Position numbers and translations under genes: made by a program. A stretch of DNA of 64,000 nt from an uncultured Acidimicrobiaceae bacterium (lineage in GTDB: Bacteria > Actinomycetota > Acidimicrobiia > Acidimicrobiales > RAAP-2), in the NCBI GenBank assembly GCA_963842415.1, contig CAWJGN010000003.1, forward strand, positions 225,931 to 289,930. Reading direction: 5' to 3'. Positions 58,688 through 64,000 of the stretch are shown piece by piece. How positions within the stretch are numbered: position 1 is the stretch's first letter; each line of letters opens with the position of its first letter. A model generated the notes under the pieces. It ran no database searches. It was not told the DNA's origin and saw only the letters and a list, made by a program, of their open reading frames with translations.

Positions 58688-59820
58688 CCCAACGCATCTA
58701 CCTGTCGCCGCCCGACGCTGGAGCCCTCGAACGTGAGCTCTTGCTGGACGCCTTCGACTCGAACTGGCTCGCACCGCTGGGACCCCACGTCGATCTCTTC
58801 GAACGCGAGCTGGCCGAACGAGTCGGTCTCGAACACGCCGCCGCACTGTCCAGCGGCACGGCGGCGCTCCACCTCGGTCTCCTCCTGGCCGGCGTCGAGG
58901 CCGGTGACCAGGTCATCGTGCCATCGCTGACGTTCGTCGCCACGGCGAACGCCGTCCGCTACCTCGGAGCTGAGCCGGTGTTCGTCGACTCCGATCCGAA
59001 GAGCTGGAACATGGACGCCTCACTGCTGGCCGACGAGCTCGCCAAGCGAGCCCGTCGCGGCGACCTGCCCGCCGCCGTGGTGAGCGTCGATCTTCTCGGT
59101 GGATGCCCCGACTACGACGTCATCGAGGCTGCTTGTGATGAGTTCGGGGTCCCGCTGGTGGAAGACGCGGCCGAAGGGCTCGGAGCGTCGTATCTCGGAC
59201 GCCCGGCGGGTTCGTTCGGCGAGTGCGGCGCCTTTTCCTTCAACGGCAACAAGATCATCACGACGAGCGGAGGCGGCATGCTCGTCTCGAGGTCAGCCGA
59301 ACTCGTGGCGACCGCCCGGTTCCTGGCGAGCCAGGCGCGCGAGCCCGCAGTGCACTACGAGCACGAGCAACTCGGCTACAACTACCGCCTGAGCAATCTG
59401 CTCGCCGCGCTCGGCCGCGGGCAGCTGCGTGGCCTCAGCGAACGGATCGCGCGTCGCAGGGAACTGAACCAACGCTACCGGGAGGCTTTCGAGGCCGTGG
59501 ACGGCATCGACATGATGCCAGTCGGCCGAGGCGTGGAGCCCAACTACTGGTTGACGTGCATTACCGTCGATCCGTCTCGCGCCGGGGTCGGAAGAGAGCA
59601 CATACGACTGGCGCTTGAGTCCTTGAACGTGGAGTCGCGACCGGTGTGGAAGCCGCTCCATCTTCAGCCGCTCTACCGCGGCGCACGAGTCGATCGGCGG
59701 AAAGGTCGCCGCGCAAATCTTCGAACATGGACTGTGTCTACCCAGTGGCACGGCCCTCTCGTCGCCGACCAAGAACGCATCATCGCCGTCGTCCTGGACC
59801 TGACCCGCCGCGGACGTTGA
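58684..59820 (+). CDS. DegT/DnrJ/EryC1/StrS (PglE/EpsN-like) sugar aminotransferase with a compensating pair of frame shifts (about 59695 and 59760)
   Basis: IYLSPPDAGALERELLLDAFDSNWLAPLGP, SSGTAALHL, FSFNGNKIITTSGGGML (PLP-Lys region) and GYNYRLSNLLAALG. The segment GGKVAAQIFEHGLCLPSGTAL is readable only in a shifted frame. Confidence 0.82.
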   Translation: MTQRIYLSPPDAGALERELLLDAFDSNWLAPLGPHVDLFERELAERVGLEHAAALSSGTAALHLGLLLAGVEAGDQVIVPSLTFVATANAVRYLGAEPVFVDSDPKSWNMDASLLADELAKRARRGDLPAAVVSVDLLGGCPDYDVIEAACDEFGVPLVEDAAEGLGASYLGRPAGSFGECGAFSFNGNKIITTSGGGMLVSRSAELVATARFLASQAREPAVHYEHEQLGYNYRLSNLLAALGRGQLRGLSERIARRRELNQRYREAFEAVDGIDMMPVGRGVEPNYWLTCITVDPSRAGVGREHIRLALESLNVESRPVWKPLHLQPLYRGARVDRRKGRRANLRTWTVSTQWHGPLVADQERIIAVVLDLTRRGR

Positions 59821-59824
59821 CCAC

Positions 59825-60865
59825 ATGTCCACGTCACGCTCCGATCAGCCCCACTTTGCCTATCTCTTGCTGAGCCACAAGAACCCCCAGGCAGGTCGAA
59901 GCGCTGGCGCGCCGGATCCTGGACTTGAGCCCGCACGCGCAGATCGTGGTGCACCATGACTCACGCGCGGCCGACCCGCCCTGGGGTGGGCGCCCGTCGG
60001 CACCAATCCACCTGGTCGAGCGGGGGCGAGTGTCGTGGGGGGACTGGTCGATGATCGAGGCCACCTTGCGGATGGTTCGCTACGCGGTGGACCGACTCGA
60101 TGCCGACTGGTTCGTGCTGGTGTCGGGCGAGCATCGTCCCGCAGTTGACCTTCACCAGTGGGAAGCGGACACCGCGGCGTCGGGAAATGACGCACTGCTC
60201 GGTGCCGAGCGGCTTCCCGACTCGTCTTCGCTTCGGCTCAGCCGATTTCGAGCGCAATCAATACCTCGCACGAAGTCGTCACCGCTGGCGGCTGTTGAGC
60301 GCGACCGCGTCGAGCGGCTGTCCATCGCGCCATGGGCCTCCTGATGAAGATCAGTACGCGTACACGACCGATCGTGTCGATCGAGTACGTCCATCGGCGC
60401 GACGCCTGGGCCGTTGGTTGGCGCCGGCGCTCACGCCCGGAGCGAGGCTGGTCCTTCTACCGGGGCTCGCAGTGGTTCGCGTTGAACCGGCGGGCAGCGA
60501 AGGCGGCCTTGGCGATCGATCCGGACGTCGCCGAGTGGTTCGAGCAGAGCTGGATCCCCGACGAGGCGTACCTGCAGACGGCACTCCGTCGAGTGCCCGG
60601 GCTCAAGATCGCGGACTCACTGACCACGTTCGACCTCGACACGCCGGCGGAGCCCTATCCCGGATGGAGGCAGCTCTCGCCCCGAGACGTTCCCGCCGTC
60701 TTGGCCTCGGGACTGCCGTTCGCGCGAAAGGTCGACCCCGCCGCACGCCCGGAGGTCGTCGCGAGTATCGACGCGGCCGTGGACAGGCAGCGGGCAGGCG
60801 GGGAAAGTCGCACGACAGCCACGACCTCTCGCGCGCTGGAACACCAGCGTCGGGAGCGGACATGA
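59825..60865 (+). pseudogene. GT14 (Core-2/I-Branching, Branch domain) glycosyltransferase paralog with about 4 frame disruptions
   Basis: Collinear with 61146.. : FAYLLLSHKNPQ / QVEALARRILDLSPHAQIVVHHD...VSWGDWSMIEATLRMVRYA...DWFVLVSGEHRP / RLRFGSADFERNQYLARSRHRW / ...IVSIEYVHRRDAW...YRGSQWFALNRRAA...IPDEAYLQTAL. Shifts are near 59887, 60215, 60300 and 60335. Confidence 0.6.
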
Positions 60866-61000
60866 TCCGCACCGGCCTGGTCTACACTTTGTCTTCCGGA
60901 GGAGACCGTCGAAGGCGCGCCGCTCGTAGACGGGTTCGCGGAACCGTCACGCCCGGCCGCGGGGCTGAGCAACGCAAGCAGCAGTCGGAGGGTCACTGCA

Positions 61001-61105
61001 ATGTCCAGCGATAAAAGCGCAGGCTCGGCCGACGCCGTCGCCGCTCGCTGTGCCTACCTGATCCTCTCCCACAAGAACCGGTCCGTAGTCAGGAGAGGAC
61101 CGTGA
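61001..61105 (+). pseudogene. orphan duplicated 5' stub of a GT14 gene (34 codons)
   Basis: MSSDKSAGSADAVAARCAYLILSHKN then stop. CAYLILSHKN mirrors FAYLLLSHKNPQ (59850s) and FAYLILTHKDPQ (61215s). Confidence 0.4.
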
Positions 61106-61145
61106 GCAAGAAAGCGGCGCACTCAGGTCCGAGGGAGGCGCCCTC

Positions 61146-63218
61146 GTGATGCCACGCCACGACGGGTCCCGCTCGGTCACGAGGGAAGAGGAGCCGGCCG
61201 GCGAAGAGATCGGCCCATGTTTCGCCTACCTGATCCTGACCCACAAGGACCCGCAACAAGTAGAGGCCCTCGCCGCCCGGATCCTCGAATTGAGCCCGCA
61301 TGGTCAGGTCGTCGTCCACCATGACCTCGCTTCTGACGACCTGCCGTGGGGAGGTCGGCCGCCGAGCCGCGTCCACTTCGTCGAGAGGGATCGAGTCCTC
61401 TGGGGCGACTGGTCGATCGTGGAGGCCACTTTGCGCTTGGTCCGCTTCGCGCTCGAGGAACTGCACGCTGACTGGTTCGTCGTGTTGTCGGGTGAACACT
61501 GGCCGGTGGTCGATCTCCGCGCGTGGGAGGACGCATCGGTGGCTTCGGGGATCGACGCGTTCGTCGAGGCGGACCCCCTGCCGAAACGGCTGCGTTTCGG
61601 CAGAGCCGATGAAGGCGCAAATATGTATCTGTCACGGTGCATCCATCGGTGGGTGACCGTACGGCAGCCTCGCCTGGCAGCCGCCCACCGTGCCGTCGGC
61701 GGGGTCTTTAAGCTCGGCCTCTACATCGCGCCGATACTGACCGTGGAGTACTCCCACCGGCGTGAATCGTGGTTCTTCGGCCGCCCTCGGGCGCGTCGTC
61801 TCCTGAAGAACTGGGTGTTCTACAAGGGCTCCCAGTGGATCGCATTCAACCGTCGGGCCGCTGAGACCATCCTTCAGGCGGACCCGGCTGTGACCGATTG
61901 GTTCCGCCGCGGCCACATTCCCGACGAAACGTATTTCCACACGGTCTTGCGCCACGCCGAGGATCTCGTCGTCACCGCTGACGTCGTGACCTATGTTCCG
62001 CTGGGGTCGACACCGCCGATACCGAAGTGGATGGTCCTCAAGTTCGAGCATTTGCCGGCCGTGTGGAGTTCGGGTGCAGCCTTCGCACGCAAGGTCGACC
62101 TGGCCAACCGGCCTGAGGTCATCCGTGCCATAAACGCCGAAGTCGACCGGGGCCGGGCGGCCGGGGGACTCGGTCGCCCTCACGCACACGATGCGAAGGT
62201 GGACGAGGAGGCGCTGGAGCGAGGCTCACGGCCCAACCCGCCCGCATGCGTTGCCATCGTCGGCATGCACCGCAGCGGCACGTCCGCCACAGCCGGGTTG
62301 CTCGTCGGGTTGGGTCTGGCCGGTCCGAAGGTCGAGGACCTCGTCCCGGCCAACGAGGGCAACGAACGTGGTCATTGGGAGAGCGAAACGGTGCACATGT
62401 GCAACGTGAAGGTGCTGGCCGCACTAGGAGGCGACACCTACGCGCCGCCACCGCCACCGCCGGCGTCCGGCTGGGAGAACGACACCAGCTTCGACCCGAT
62501 GCGGCTCGAGGCGGCGCGATGGTTCGAATCCACCTCAGACGGCAGGCCGCTCGTCTTGAAAGACCCACGGTTGTGCATCACCCTCCCCCTGTGGAAGACG
62601 GCGCTCCCCGATCCTCTGCCGACTCTCTTCGTGCTGCGCGACCCCTTGGAGGTGGCCCGTTCGCTGCAGGCTCGGGACAAACTGCCCATGGTCCTCGGCC
62701 TGGCGCTCTGGGATCGCTACATTCGCTGCGCCGCCCTGAGTCTCGAGGGTTCGCCGACTCTCGTCGTCGACTACGCCGCCATGCTCGAGGATCCGATCAA
62801 GTGGAGCGAGGTCATCTGCGGATACCTCGAGGAGCAAGGCCTGCACCTCGGCGCTGATTCGAGGAGCGCCGCCCTGACCTTCCTCGACACTGGACTCCGG
62901 CACCAGCGGGGCGACGATTCCGACTACGAGCCGCTCGCCGCAGCGCACCGTGAGGTCCATGCCATCCTCTCGGAGCGGGCCGGAACTCACTCCACCTGGG
63001 AGCCACCCGAGCTGCCCCCCGCTCCTCCCTGGGCGGACTACGTACTTCAGCTGCGGCGCCAAGTCGTGCTGACCCGGCACGAGCTCTACTGGACCCAGTC
63101 GTCGCGCGTCTTCCGAGCCGCCAGCGCGCTGTGGCGCCTGACGGGCAGCGGCCCGCGAGCCTCGCTCGCGCAGTTCGGAATGGACCAGGAAGAGACAGAC
63201 CCCGACCCCTGGTTCTGA
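61146..63218 (+). CDS. fusion ORF: N-terminal GT14 (Branch) glycosyltransferase domain plus C-terminal sulfotransferase domain (690 aa, uninterrupted)
   Basis: N-terminal half: FAYLILTHKDPQQVEAL, VLWGDWSIVEATLRL, DWFVVLSGEHWP, YKGSQWIAFNRRAA and IPDETYFHTVL. C-terminal half: VAIVGMHRSGTSATA, LKDPRLCITLPLW and LRDPLEVARSL, collinear with the stand-alone sulfotransferase 16234..17277. Confidence 0.72.
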   Translation: MMPRHDGSRSVTREEEPAGEEIGPCFAYLILTHKDPQQVEALAARILELSPHGQVVVHHDLASDDLPWGGRPPSRVHFVERDRVLWGDWSIVEATLRLVRFALEELHADWFVVLSGEHWPVVDLRAWEDASVASGIDAFVEADPLPKRLRFGRADEGANMYLSRCIHRWVTVRQPRLAAAHRAVGGVFKLGLYIAPILTVEYSHRRESWFFGRPRARRLLKNWVFYKGSQWIAFNRRAAETILQADPAVTDWFRRGHIPDETYFHTVLRHAEDLVVTADVVTYVPLGSTPPIPKWMVLKFEHLPAVWSSGAAFARKVDLANRPEVIRAINAEVDRGRAAGGLGRPHAHDAKVDEEALERGSRPNPPACVAIVGMHRSGTSATAGLLVGLGLAGPKVEDLVPANEGNERGHWESETVHMCNVKVLAALGGDTYAPPPPPPASGWENDTSFDPMRLEAARWFESTSDGRPLVLKDPRLCITLPLWKTALPDPLPTLFVLRDPLEVARSLQARDKLPMVLGLALWDRYIRCAALSLEGSPTLVVDYAAMLEDPIKWSEVICGYLEEQGLHLGADSRSAALTFLDTGLRHQRGDDSDYEPLAAAHREVHAILSERAGTHSTWEPPELPPAPPWADYVLQLRRQVVLTRHELYWTQSSRVFRAASALWRLTGSGPRASLAQFGMDQEETDPDPWF

Positions 63219-63251
63219 GGATCTGACACCACAGCCAGCGCGTTCGGAGCG

Positions 63252-64000
63252 TTAGGCCGTGACGACGGCATCGGGTTGTGGACTTCCGTCGTCGCCGGCT
63301 TCCTCACCCCGGTCGGCAGCGGAGAACCAATCGACCGTCGCCTTCAGCCCGAGTCGAAGAACGGTCGGCGCCAGGCCAGGGAAGAGGCTCCGCAGCCTGG
63401 TCGAATCGGCCTGGGAGTCCGGTACGTCTCCGGCTCGGGGGGGGCCATGGCGTTTCGGGAGTGGCCCGCCGAGCAACGACTCGAGCTCTGACACGAGCGA
63501 CAGCAGGGTGGTCCGGGTCCCGAACGCAAGGTTGACCGGTGAATCAGCGGTCACCCGGCGCCCGAGCGCGTCGGCAATGACGGCGGTCACGTCCTCGACG
63601 TAGGTGAAGTCCCGCGTCTGCGTGCCGTCGCCGTCGATCGTCAACGGACGGCCCGCGAGCGCCGCGCTCACGAAGGCGGGTATGACCGCAGCGTACGCGT
63701 GGTCGGCTCGTTGCAGCGGGCCGAACACGTTGAAGAACCTGAACGCGAGCACTGGAAGCCCAAACGAGCGTGCGTACGCCAACGCGTAGCTTTCGGCGGC
63801 CAGCTTGCTCGCGGCATACGGACTGACCGGCCGAGTGGGATGGTCCTCCGACGTCGGCAGTGTCACTCCCCTGCCGTACACCGACGACGAGGACGCCACG
63901 ATCACGTGGGCACCGTGTGCCCGCGCCGCCTCGAGCACCACCACCGTACCCGTGGCGTTGGCGTCGTGACTGGCGCGTGGGTCTACGAGCGACCTCGCGA
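63252..64000 (-). CDS. NAD-dependent epimerase/dehydratase (extended SDR), 5' part outside window
   Basis: SSSSVYG, SPYAASKLAAE (YxxxK), FRFFNVFGP and TRDFTYVEDV. The frame is open to the window end. Confidence 0.8.
   Translation of the reverse strand, partial: ARSLVDPRASHDANATGTVVVLEAARAHGAHVIVASSSSVYGRGVTLPTSEDHPTRPVSPYAASKLAAESYALAYARSFGLPVLAFRFFNVFGPLQRADHAYAAVIPAFVSAALAGRPLTIDGDGTQTRDFTYVEDVTAVIADALGRRVTADSPVNLAFGTRTTLLSLVSELESLLGGPLPKRHGPPRAGDVPDSQADSTRLRSLFPGLAPTVLRLGLKATVDWFSAADRGEEAGDDGSPQPDAVVTA

Overview
High-GC (about 70-77% in sampled lines) chromosome segment of actinobacterial type. Supporting signs are DUF385/F420-type, DinB, class-E-sortase-like and Gfo/Idh/MocA genes, frequent GTG/TTG starts, and 4-nt ATGA/GTGA gene junctions. 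All family calls come from motifs read in the translations; no searches were run.

Layout:
(1) 1-9.8 kb: end of sdhB, SCP2, SDR, two small ORFs, and an AT-richer islet (sulfotransferase, methyltransferase, IS1595 transposase remnant). These are followed by TetR/DUF385, GNAT, DinB and a COG4705 membrane protein.
(2) 9.9-38.9 kb: a large patchwork surface-glycan locus. It holds sulfotransferases, SAM methyltransferases, two GT2 paralogs, GT4 genes, a Wzy-like polymerase, an MsbA/PglK-like ABC exporter, two deacetylases, a formyltransferase, a Gfo/Idh/MocA oxidoreductase and a DUF362 + CapK-like ligase pair. It is interrupted by mdh-icd, an amidohydrolase and a stretch of gene fragments.
(3) 39-56.3 kb: a lipoprotein, a GH18 hydrolase and a TPR-like ORF. 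Next comes a minus-strand translationally coupled chain pstC-pstA-pstB, two membrane-anchored PstS-family proteins and a sortase homolog lacking catalytic His and Cys. A broken lipoprotein gene, a third PstS-like protein and a five-repeat Ig-like surface protein are also here.
(4) 57-64 kb: a second glycan module with GNAT, a WecA/MraY-family transferase, a DegT aminotransferase, a GT14 (Branch) paralog, a duplicated GT14 5' stub, a GT14-sulfotransferase fusion ORF and an epimerase.

The most notable themes are five sulfotransferase domains in 64 kb, the GT14-sulfotransferase fusion, and the atypical pst / PstS-like / pseudo-sortase operon.

Major caveat: I traced roughly 40 frame disruptions, mostly 1-nt, including in mdh and pstC, plus two in-frame stops. 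Either the assembly carries indel errors or the region is decaying. Coordinates of disrupted genes span all the fragments.
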